Shown here: positions 50,989 through 59,320 of the stretch, piece by piece
How positions within the stretch are numbered: position 1 is the stretch's first letter
Layout: each line of letters opens with the position of its first letter
Source of the DNA: Campylobacteraceae bacterium
GTDB taxonomy: Bacteria > Campylobacterota > Campylobacteria > Campylobacterales > Sulfurovaceae
Assembly (NCBI GenBank): GCA_027065385.1
Contig: JAMOOP010000172.1
Coordinates: 1,714 to 65,713, forward strand
Length of the DNA stretch: 64,000 bases
Reading direction: 5' to 3'
Notes under the pieces: generated by a model
The model's database searches: none
The model's input: only the letters and a program-made list of their open reading frames with translations
What the model was told of the DNA's origin: nothing
Made by a program: the position numbers and the translations under genes

Positions 50989-52395
50989 TTAACTCTGTCT
51001 CTGTTGTGCTATTTCAAATAGAGTATTAATATGGTCTAATGATTTAAGATGAGCATCAATTAAAGTAATAATACCTTTTCTAACCCAATCAGCTAAAATA
51101 TCATCACTTAAAGCGTTTAGTTTTTCTCTATCTACCACTTTAAAACCATTTACTAAAATCTGTTTCTCATCACCCTCACCTACTGCTATCTCTCTATCTT
51201 CCAAAATTCCACTATCACTAATAGCTTTTGCTACATTTTTACTAATTATCATCTGATTTTCATGATTTGTTAAGAACTCAACAGCATTTTTAAGTGTCTC
51301 GCTCTGTTCTCCATCTTCTAAAAAGAGTTCATTTCCTTCAGTAGTTGATACAAGTTCTGACTCTTCATCTATTAAAATTACTTTTTGATTTGGGTTCTCT
51401 TCTGTAGAAGCTATAGCAAATGGATATTTTCTAATAAATGATGGAACATAGTTAGTTATCCATTTACCTTCATGATTAATAGCTAAACTATCTCCTCCTA
51501 AAGATACAAGTGAAACAAGTGTTGGGTTATCTTCTGCTGTAAATACAATAGGAAAAGCATTTCCAACTAATGCCACTTCACTTGCAATAACAGGAATAAA
51601 AGCATTTCCTTTAGCAAAGTTTAAATCTCTCATTGGGTTTACTTTTAGATTTTTATGTGCCTTTTTATCTAAAACTACTAATTTTTTATACATACCTTTT
51701 CTTACCTTTTCTATATTTTTTTTAGGTCTTCCTCTTGGTTTTTCTCTAAGAGTTAAACCTATCTCTTTTTCTAATTTTAAAATATACGATTTACTACCTG
51801 TAATAAGCTGTTTTTCTAAACAACTTATAATAAGTTTCTCTTTTTCACTATCTACTTTTGCGTAAAAAATTTGAGAATATCGTTTAATTCTATCTTCATC
51901 TCTATATCCTAACTCTCTATAACATTTAGGATATGTAACTATTGTATCTTTTTCGTTCAAAAGATTAGCATGAATAGAGCTATATTTATATAAAGAGGCA
52001 TTATCAACTAACCCCTCTTTAAGAGGACGAGACTCAATATAACGCATCACATCAAAAAGATGGCTACTCTCCACAATAGATGCTTTATATCTCCCATTCC
52101 ACAGTGTCCCTTTTCGGTTATATTTTTTATTAAAATACCCAACATAGCGTCGTCCTAAACTCTGCATAAATTTAGATATACTGTTTTCACTTAAAGGAGT
52201 GGCTACAAATTCGAAATAGTTTGGCATTAACAGATATGAATGTATATCTATCTCTATACTTCTCTTTATCTCTCTTATCATAGATAAAAATAGAGTATAA
52301 TCTAACGCATCTTTAAAAATATCAATTCCATTGATACCTCTTAGGATAATATGTTGAGGTGTATCTTTAATAAATATTCTAACCTTACGAGCCAA
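50989..52395 (-). CDS. Fusion of a degenerate RAYT/Y1 (IS200-fold) transposase domain to SapC
   Basis: N-terminal 234 aa carry RAYT motifs (PQH...RG.N, MQSLGRRYV.YFN..Y.R.GTLW.GRYK, RYIE, Y.YSS, PRGRP). C-terminal 234 aa carry SapC motifs (FPIVF, W...YVP.FIRKYPF, NGF.VVDREKL..L.D, AHL.SL). TTG start behind an AAGGA SD. Confidence 0.88.
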   Translation of the reverse strand: MARKVRIFIKDTPQHIILRGINGIDIFKDALDYTLFLSMIREIKRSIEIDIHSYLLMPNYFEFVATPLSENSISKFMQSLGRRYVGYFNKKYNRKGTLWNGRYKASIVESSHLFDVMRYIESRPLKEGLVDNASLYKYSSIHANLLNEKDTIVTYPKCYRELGYRDEDRIKRYSQIFYAKVDSEKEKLIISCLEKQLITGSKSYILKLEKEIGLTLREKPRGRPKKNIEKVRKGMYKKLVVLDKKAHKNLKVNPMRDLNFAKGNAFIPVIASEVALVGNAFPIVFTAEDNPTLVSLVSLGGDSLAINHEGKWITNYVPSFIRKYPFAIASTEENPNQKVILIDEESELVSTTEGNELFLEDGEQSETLKNAVEFLTNHENQMIISKNVAKAISDSGILEDREIAVGEGDEKQILVNGFKVVDREKLNALSDDILADWVRKGIITLIDAHLKSLDHINTLFEIAQQRQS

Positions 52396-52463
52396 ATATA
52401 GTTCCTTACCCAATAATCTATCGAAACAGGGAATTATATATCAGGTACACTTAAATTACAGTT

Positions 52464-52484
52464 AATTTTACTCTGACACTATTT
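52464..52484 (-). repeat. Degenerate RAYT-flanking end motif (AAATAGTGTCAGAGTAAAATT on the minus strand)
   Basis: About 70 bp upstream of the RAYT-like start. Resembles the GGGGTCAGAGTAAA-type motif I recall flanking this class of RAYT genes; single copy. Confidence 0.4.
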
Positions 52485-52580
52485 AAAATTATTTAATAAG
52501 TACCATATTTCTAAAATTCAACTCCCACCCCTCAAAAAATAGTACCAATAATATATTATTTTACTATAGTAAATTACTAT

Positions 52581-52605
52581 AAAAGAGATTTTACAAATCT
52601 CTTTT
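52581..52605. promoter_or_regulatory. Inverted repeat in the divergent promoter region
   Basis: AAAAGAGATTT-TAC-AAATCTCTTTT 11-bp stem. Confidence 0.45.
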
Positions 52606-52904
52606 TATAATAAATTATATTAATAATAGAGCAACAAAATCTAACAGAAATGAACATAAAATATTTTTTTCAATTTTATTTTTTTTTAAGTGAGTTTATT
52701 GTAAGATGATGGAATTAAAAATTCAGATAGAAGAAGTGAAGCCCCCAAAAGGTCTGGACAACCAACAAACTTCACTTCAAAAGAGATTTTACTAACTTTT
52801 ATATTAAACTCTACTTTAATTCATCTGATTTTATCAAGAGATGTTGGTACTTTGGACTCTTGAAGATTAAAAAATTTAAAAAATTGATTTTCAAGGAGTC
52901 TATT

Positions 52905-53942
52905 ATGTCAGCACTACCACAAAGAACACGAATTTTAATAAAAGACCTACTTTTTCAAGAAAAATATAAACTAAATAACACCCAAGTTGATATTATGTCA
53001 TATATCTTTAACTCTCTAACTTGGGCAATAAAAGTTGATGGATTTTTAGTAATAACCAATAAAAAACTAATATCAGACATGCCACAAATCACTCAAAAAA
53101 CCTTAGAGAGTTCACTAAGAGCCTTAAAAGCTGTAGAGCTAATAGAGACCGATATGGTATCTGTTTCTCAATGGAATGGAGCTAAAGTTAGAGGCATTAA
53201 GATTACAGAAAAAGGAATGGAATATAACTCTTCTCTCTATATGCCAACTGCTAAAACTTTGTTGGAGAGTTTAGAAGAGGAGTTAGCTATACAGAGAAAA
53301 GAGCTAGAGAATAGACAAAAAAGAATAGACCAGTTAGAAGAAAGACTAAAAAACGCCGATATAAAAGAGTTTCAAGAGAGTAAAGAGGTTGAAAATAGTA
53401 AAGAGATAGAAGAGAAAAAAGAGAACTCATCTAAAGCTAAAGATGAACAAGAGCCTGAACTAATAGAGATAGAAGGTTTTAGAGAGTTTATAGAGACCAT
53501 AAAAAAAGAATATCAAGTAACAGCAGAACCAATATGTAACATGGTAAAAGGTTGGCAAAAAGAAACCGAATTTTACATAAACAGCTACAATAAACTAGCC
53601 ATTGTAACACCAGATGGAGAATATAAACAAATAGGAAATCCACAAGATATTAATAAATTTTGGAAATGGCTATATATAAATCAGCAAAGAGTTGGAGATG
53701 TAATAGATTTTAGAAAAGAGCCAACAATAAAAGATTTAAATAGAAGATATGTAGGAAAAATGCTAGATGTAAGTAGTGGAGTTCGTGAAATCTATAAGAT
53801 AGAAGAGGCAGATAATGCAATGGTCAAAATAACCATTAAAGATGAAAATGGAAAAATAGGAACAATAGCAGAAAACGGTAAACCTGTAACCTTCAAACCA
53901 AGAGATTGTGAAGATGTACTTTTTAGAATGGTTAAGGATTAG
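52905..53942 (+). CDS. Hypothetical protein with a predicted N-terminal winged-HTH, central coiled coil and unknown C-terminal domain
   Basis: AAGGAG SD before the ATG at 52905. IT.KTLESSLRALKAVELIE...RGIKITEKG looks like an HTH recognition helix and wing, followed by an E/K-rich heptad region. Confidence 0.7.
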   Translation: MSALPQRTRILIKDLLFQEKYKLNNTQVDIMSYIFNSLTWAIKVDGFLVITNKKLISDMPQITQKTLESSLRALKAVELIETDMVSVSQWNGAKVRGIKITEKGMEYNSSLYMPTAKTLLESLEEELAIQRKELENRQKRIDQLEERLKNADIKEFQESKEVENSKEIEEKKENSSKAKDEQEPELIEIEGFREFIETIKKEYQVTAEPICNMVKGWQKETEFYINSYNKLAIVTPDGEYKQIGNPQDINKFWKWLYINQQRVGDVIDFRKEPTIKDLNRRYVGKMLDVSSGVREIYKIEEADNAMVKITIKDENGKIGTIAENGKPVTFKPRDCEDVLFRMVKD

Positions 53943-54052
53943 TTTTAGTTATCTATTTTAAGTTATCATATTTTATATACTTTTAGGTATAATCTAAGAT
54001 ATTATCTGTTTTTTATGAAATAGTTAAATAGTTTTATCTTAGGAATATAAAA

Positions 54053-54979
54053 ATGAATAGTTTATTGATTTTGGGAGAAAAACATAGCTTTTCCAAGCTA
54101 GAGTTAAAAAAACTCAAAAATAGATTTCCAAAAATAGATTTTGTGAAATATAACAACTTAGAGGTAAAAGATGTTATAGAGAATATATCTTTCACTTTAG
54201 ATAGAAAAAATAACACACTAATGCTTCTTAATACTAAAGTCGTAATTCCAAATAAGCTATTGAGCTATTTAACAAAATTGGAGCAGAAAGGTATTAATTA
54301 TATTACCATTCAATCATTTATGGAGAGATACCTATATAAGTGTTATATTCCATCTGAACTTACAGATATTAGTTTTTTGGAGAATATTAAGCCGTTTAGT
54401 ATATATAGGAAGATTGTGAAATATATTATTGATTATAGTTTAGCTATATCGTTAGCAATTATTGGTTCTCCAGTTGCAATATATAGTATATATAGAATAA
54501 AAAAAGAGTCAAAAGGTACTATTTTTTTTAAACAAACAAGAGTAGGATTATATGGAGAGGAGTTTACCTGTTATAAGTTTCGTTCCATGCATGAAAATTC
54601 ACCTCACGACCCATACACAAGAGAAAATGATGATAGGGTATTTCCTTGGGGAAATATTATGAGAAAAACAAGAATAGATGAGTTACCTCAAATTTGGAAT
54701 GTTTTAAAAGGAGATATGAGCATAATAGGACCAAGAGCCGAGTGGAATATTTTGGTAAAAAATTATGAAGAAGAGATACCTTATTATCAAGAGAGACACC
54801 TTATAAAACCAGGAATTACTGGCTGGGCTCAGGTTAATTACCATTATGGAACTAATGGTTATGATGCCAAACAGAAACTTATGTATGATTTGTATTATAT
54901 TAAAAGATGGAATTTATGGTTGGAGATTAGGTGTGTTTGGAGGACGGTACTTATTATAATTGGGAAAAAGGGGCTATAA
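54053..54979 (+). CDS. Polyprenyl-phosphate sugar-phosphate transferase (Bac_transf family)
   Basis: FFKQTRVG, YKFRSM, RKTRIDELPQ.WNVLKGDMS.IGPR, KPGITGWAQV, DLYYI. Confidence 0.92.
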   Translation: MNSLLILGEKHSFSKLELKKLKNRFPKIDFVKYNNLEVKDVIENISFTLDRKNNTLMLLNTKVVIPNKLLSYLTKLEQKGINYITIQSFMERYLYKCYIPSELTDISFLENIKPFSIYRKIVKYIIDYSLAISLAIIGSPVAIYSIYRIKKESKGTIFFKQTRVGLYGEEFTCYKFRSMHENSPHDPYTRENDDRVFPWGNIMRKTRIDELPQIWNVLKGDMSIIGPRAEWNILVKNYEEEIPYYQERHLIKPGITGWAQVNYHYGTNGYDAKQKLMYDLYYIKRWNLWLEIRCVWRTVLIIIGKKGL

Positions 54980-55642
54980 CTTTCCCTCCAACTCTTTTGG
55001 TACTTTAGGTAAATTTTGAAATACTTTAAAGTGTAATTTTGTAGTTGAGTTAAAAACTGCCCATATAGTTAAAAATATTAATAAAAAATATGTATATAAA
55101 CTTTGATTATTGTAATACCAAGTTTCTAGTTTACCTTTATATGGAGATATGATTTCATCATAAAATTTTTCTCTATATTCAATATCATTATCCATTATTA
55201 ACTCTTCATTTCTAAATACAACAGAACCTATACCAGATAGACCTGGTCTCATCTTTTTTATGTTTTCTTGGTCTTCTTTATTGAATACTACAAAACATCT
55301 TATATCCTGAGGACGAGGTCCTATTACACTCATATCTCCCTTTAAAATATTTATAAGTTGTGGAAGTTCATTTATTTTTGTTTTTCTAAGAAAAGCTCCA
55401 AATGGTAATACTCTAGGGTCATTTTTAACAGTTATTGTTCCTGTTCCTAAATTAGGACTATCTTTTAGCATAGTAGCAAATTTAAGTAGTCCAAACATCT
55501 CTCCATTTTTCCCAACTCTTTGTTGAATAAAGAAAATTTCTCCCTCTCCTGTAAATTTAAGAATAATTATAATTGGAACTAATAATGGAGATAAGATTAA
55601 AAGAGCCAAACTTGAAAAAACGATATCAAAAAATCTTTGCAT
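54974..55642 (-). CDS. Small monotopic phosphoglycosyl transferase (Bac_transf), copy 1
   Basis: RFFDIVFS, QRVG, KFATM, DPRV, RKTKINELPQ, GDMSVIGPRP, PGLSG. Confidence 0.9.
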   Translation of the reverse strand: MQRFFDIVFSSLALLILSPLLVPIIIILKFTGEGEIFFIQQRVGKNGEMFGLLKFATMLKDSPNLGTGTITVKNDPRVLPFGAFLRKTKINELPQLINILKGDMSVIGPRPQDIRCFVVFNKEDQENIKKMRPGLSGIGSVVFRNEELIMDNDIEYREKFYDEIISPYKGKLETWYYNNQSLYTYFLLIFLTIWAVFNSTTKLHFKVFQNLPKVPKELEGKL

Positions 55643-55691
55643 AAACAGACCCAATATAATTTATTTAAAGAAAATAAATAAATAAAAGGTA

Positions 55692-56879
55692 CTACATTTT
55701 ATTATCTAAATATTTACCATTTTCTTTATGATTAAAGTTAGGTATTATATAGTTAAATAGCTTAACTATATCATCTTTTTTCCAATATCCTCTTTGTTTC
55801 ATATTTATAATAGATTTTTCAAAATAATCTAATTTTTTATTATTAAAAATTATTTTATTTTTAATAACTCCTATATTTTCAAACCTCTTCCAATCAATCG
55901 CTTCATCTTCTGTATAAAACTCTTCAAAGTCTTTTTCACCAGTTGTATCACTTTTAAAAAAATATACTGGCCATTTACCAAGTTCAGGTAAAGTTTTAAT
56001 AACTTCTCTTGCTTCTTCTTCGCTTTCACATTCATAAGGCTCATACCCTAATTCTTTTAAATATTTTCTTGCAATATCAGCAAAAGTAATCAAGTGAAGT
56101 TTTTCGGAAAGTTTAGGAAAAAATATATCTCTATTTTCTCCAAAAATGGCACTCATTAAACAAAGCTCACCACTCTCCTTTGGAGTTACAAAATATCTTC
56201 TTATATCATTTGGAGCTGAAATTGGTTGTCTTTTTTCTATCCTTCTATTAAATCCATAAAGCAAACTCCCATCACTAAAAGCCACATTTGCAAATCTTGC
56301 AGTAGAAATTGGCAAATTTATACTTCTTCTCCTTAAAAAGTATTCCATAATTCTTTTACTAGTACCCATCATATTTACAGGGTTTGCAGCTTTATCAGTT
56401 GATACACAAAAATATTTTTTCACTCCTTTCTCAATACTTTGAAAAATGGTCTTATCAGTATTAAAGATATTTACATCAATCATTCTCATTAAAGTGTATG
56501 GGTCTTTTTCACTTCTAACATGCTTTAAAGCACTTAAATTTAAAACATAATCATAATTTCCATCATTTTTTATAAAAGCATCATAAATATCACTTCCTAT
56601 ATCCAAAGCAAATGTTTTAAATTCTCCGTCAATATATCCAAGAGAACTTCTTATATCTCTTACTAATTCAACTAAATTATTTTCGCTAATATCTACAACA
56701 TGAAGTTTTTTAGGATTTCTTTTAAAAATCTCTTTAACTACTGCACTCCCTATACTTCCAGCACCTCCAACTACTAAAAATTTTGAATTTCGGACAATTT
56801 CATTTAATTCTTTTGAGTGTGTTTTAATATCATCTTCAAATAATTCGCTATCTCTTCCTATTAGTTTTAGTGTGTTCAT
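55692..56879 (-). CDS. UDP-N-acetylglucosamine 4,6-dehydratase (Polysacc_synt_2 / CapD-like)
   Basis: GGAGSIG, SALKHVRSE, STDKAANPVNMMG.SKR, ARFANVAFSDGS. Confidence 0.88.
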   Translation of the reverse strand: MNTLKLIGRDSELFEDDIKTHSKELNEIVRNSKFLVVGGAGSIGSAVVKEIFKRNPKKLHVVDISENNLVELVRDIRSSLGYIDGEFKTFALDIGSDIYDAFIKNDGNYDYVLNLSALKHVRSEKDPYTLMRMIDVNIFNTDKTIFQSIEKGVKKYFCVSTDKAANPVNMMGTSKRIMEYFLRRRSINLPISTARFANVAFSDGSLLYGFNRRIEKRQPISAPNDIRRYFVTPKESGELCLMSAIFGENRDIFFPKLSEKLHLITFADIARKYLKELGYEPYECESEEEAREVIKTLPELGKWPVYFFKSDTTGEKDFEEFYTEDEAIDWKRFENIGVIKNKIIFNNKKLDYFEKSIINMKQRGYWKKDDIVKLFNYIIPNFNHKENGKYLDNKM

Positions 56880-57568
56880 TTTTTATCCTTTAATAAAAAT
56901 TTTTCTAACTCTTTTGGTGGCTTTGGTAAATTTTTGTAATAGTTACATATATTACAATTCTTAGGAAATAAAACTGCTATAATTGTCAAAATAATTAATT
57001 CAAAATATAACTTAATACTACGATTTTTAAAAAACCACTTTTCTATTTCACCTTTATAAGGAGTAATTATTTTTAAATCAAACTCAACTGGATTGGTTAT
57101 ATTTTGAAGTATTTCATCCTCGTTTCTGAATACAATAGAACCTATTCCCGATAATCCTGGTTTTAATTGAGCAATCATTTCTTTATATTTATCATCTAAT
57201 TCATCATAAAATCTTTTTGTTCTTGGTCGAGGACCAATAATAGACATATCCCATTTTAAAATATTTATAAGTTGTGGCAATTCATTTATCTTTGTTCTTC
57301 TAAGAAATTTACCAAAAGGTAAAACTCTTGGATCATCTTTTACAGTGACTGTTCCTATTCCTATATTATGACTATTTTTTAACATTGTTGCAAATTTATA
57401 TATTTTAAACGGTTTTCCACCATATCCTATTCTTTCTTGAAAATAAAAAATTTCCCCTTCACCTGTAAATTTCAAAATTACAACTATAGGAATTAAAAGA
57501 GGAGATAAAACTATAAGAGCAATTGAAGAAAATAAAATATCAAAGAATCTTATTAATTTATTTTGCAT
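56876..57568 (-). CDS. Small monotopic phosphoglycosyl transferase (Bac_transf), copy 2
   Basis: Clear paralogue of 54974..55642 (LKFTGEGEIF, KFATMLK, DPRVLPFG, INELPQLINILK, PGLSGIGS.VFRNE). Confidence 0.9.
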   Translation of the reverse strand: MQNKLIRFFDILFSSIALIVLSPLLIPIVVILKFTGEGEIFYFQERIGYGGKPFKIYKFATMLKNSHNIGIGTVTVKDDPRVLPFGKFLRRTKINELPQLINILKWDMSIIGPRPRTKRFYDELDDKYKEMIAQLKPGLSGIGSIVFRNEDEILQNITNPVEFDLKIITPYKGEIEKWFFKNRSIKLYFELIILTIIAVLFPKNCNICNYYKNLPKPPKELEKFLLKDKK

Positions 57569-58391
57569 TTTTATTCCTTATAATATCTCTTACTTTATAA
57601 GTATCTCTTTTTACATTTTCTTTATTTTTTTCAAAAAAGTTTTTATCTTTATTTTCTAATTCTTTTTCTAATTCTCTCAATTCTTTAACTTTTTTTATAA
57701 ACTCACTTTCAAATTCATTTAAATCTTGATTCTGATAATAAATAAAACTTCTTGATAAAATAACTCCACTTGAGCCTAATCTATAATGTTCTGCTATAAT
57801 AGCTTTTGCTAATGGTAATAACTTACTTTTCATATGGGCAACACCACCAAATCCAAAACGAATATTCTTTTCTTTAAACTTTTTTACCAATATATCAATA
57901 TATCCGTCAGCTAAAAATTCAAATATCAAATTTGTTTTTCTTTGAATATTAATGTCATTAAGTCCTATATGAATATAATCTATTCCCTTAATTTCTAAAA
58001 TTTCTTCAATATTTTCTACTGCCTCCATTGTTTCTACTAAAAGACAAGTTTTTGCTCTTCTAGCAACAAAATTAATAAACTCTTCTACTTCTTTTTTAGT
58101 TTTAAAAAAAGGAAGAATAATAATATTTGCTCCAGCCTTGATAACATTATTTATCTCATCTTTACTCCATTTTCCAATAGGATTTACTCTAACTAATAAT
58201 TCTGATCTATTAACTACTTCTCTTAATTTTCTCACATCTTCCACAGTATGTGCTGAAATTACTGTATTTCTTCCTTTTTGTCTATTTTCTTTGCCAATAT
58301 ATTCTAAATCTATAAAAATCCAATCAACTCCTGCCCTTTGTGCAATTTTTGCTACTTCTACATTATTTGTAATATACATTAAATTTAACAT
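57558..58391 (-). CDS. HpcH/HpaI aldolase / citrate lyase family protein
   Basis: GVDWIFIDLE, LVRVNP, LVET..A.ENIEEIL...GIDYIHIGLND. Confidence 0.8.
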   Translation of the reverse strand: MLNLMYITNNVEVAKIAQRAGVDWIFIDLEYIGKENRQKGRNTVISAHTVEDVRKLREVVNRSELLVRVNPIGKWSKDEINNVIKAGANIIILPFFKTKKEVEEFINFVARRAKTCLLVETMEAVENIEEILEIKGIDYIHIGLNDINIQRKTNLIFEFLADGYIDILVKKFKEKNIRFGFGGVAHMKSKLLPLAKAIIAEHYRLGSSGVILSRSFIYYQNQDLNEFESEFIKKVKELRELEKELENKDKNFFEKNKENVKRDTYKVRDIIRNKNAK

Positions 58392-59312
58392 TTAAAAACC
58401 TTTAATTTGAGTTAGATATTTTAAATATTCTTTATTGTAGCCTGATACAATATTTAAATAATATTTTAGTAATTGCTTAGTTACTTTACCTACTTTTCCA
58501 TCTCTTATAATAAACTTATCAACCTTAATAATAGGAGTAATTTCAGCAGCTGTTCCTACTAAAAGAATTTCGTCTGCCAAATAAAGTTCTGTTCTATCAA
58601 GTTTTCTCTCTTCTATCTCATATTCTAACTCTTTTATAAATTCAATTATAAATTTTCTTGTAATACTCTCTAAAATTGAAGAAGTGACATCAGGAGTAAT
58701 TAATTTATCATTTTTAACTATAAATACACAAGCTCCACTACTTTCTGTAATCTTCCCATCATTTCCTAATAATAAAGGAACATCATATCCATCTGTTTTT
58801 GCTTGTAAATAAGCATATCTTCCATTTATATAATTTGCACCAAGTTTTGCTCTTGGTGGTAAAACATTATCATTTATCCTTTGCCAAGAAGATATAGAAG
58901 CAGATAATCCTTTTAAATTTTCAACATCAGTTCTTTTTCTTTTAATAGGTGATACAAACATATCAAAGTCTTCAATACTATGCCAAGAACCAATATTATC
59001 TGCAAAAATAGTAATTCTTAAAGCAATATCAATATTTTTAAAATTATTTGCTATTATATTACTTTTAATAGCTTTTATAATCTCTTCTTTTGTATAAGGA
59101 ACTGGAATTGAAACTAATTTAGAAGATTCTAAAAGTCTATCAATATGCTCTTCTAATTTAAATATATATAAAACTTCTTCATCTTCATTCCAATACCCCC
59201 TAATTCCTTCAAATACATTTAATCCAAATTGAGCTGTTGGAGACATTACGTTTACTACTGCTTTATCTTCATCTATATTTTTACCTCTTATCCATACTTT
59301 TATATCTGACAT
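58392..59312 (-). CDS. Class IV PLP-dependent aminotransferase (IlvE / D-amino-acid aminotransferase family)
   Basis: FG..VFEGIR.Y, AK..ANY catalytic Lys, E.SG..VF, IL.SITR, ADE....GTAAEITP. Confidence 0.9.
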   Translation of the reverse strand: MSDIKVWIRGKNIDEDKAVVNVMSPTAQFGLNVFEGIRGYWNEDEEVLYIFKLEEHIDRLLESSKLVSIPVPYTKEEIIKAIKSNIIANNFKNIDIALRITIFADNIGSWHSIEDFDMFVSPIKRKRTDVENLKGLSASISSWQRINDNVLPPRAKLGANYINGRYAYLQAKTDGYDVPLLLGNDGKITESSGACVFIVKNDKLITPDVTSSILESITRKFIIEFIKELEYEIEERKLDRTELYLADEILLVGTAAEITPIIKVDKFIIRDGKVGKVTKQLLKYYLNIVSGYNKEYLKYLTQIKGF

Positions 59313-59320
59313 CTCTATAC

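Noticed and set aside
51694-52395. An active IS200/IS605 or RAYT mobile element
   Set aside because: The HUH histidines are absent, the ORF is fused in frame to SapC, and there is no tnpB and no paired ends or REP array.
52679-52687. Poly-T tract as a phase-variation switch
   Set aside because: A/T runs of 8-9 nt are common in intergenic DNA this AT-rich, and no long poly-G/C tract is present.
58392-59312. Housekeeping ilvE
   Set aside because: It is embedded in a low-GC glycan operon, so no gene symbol was assigned.
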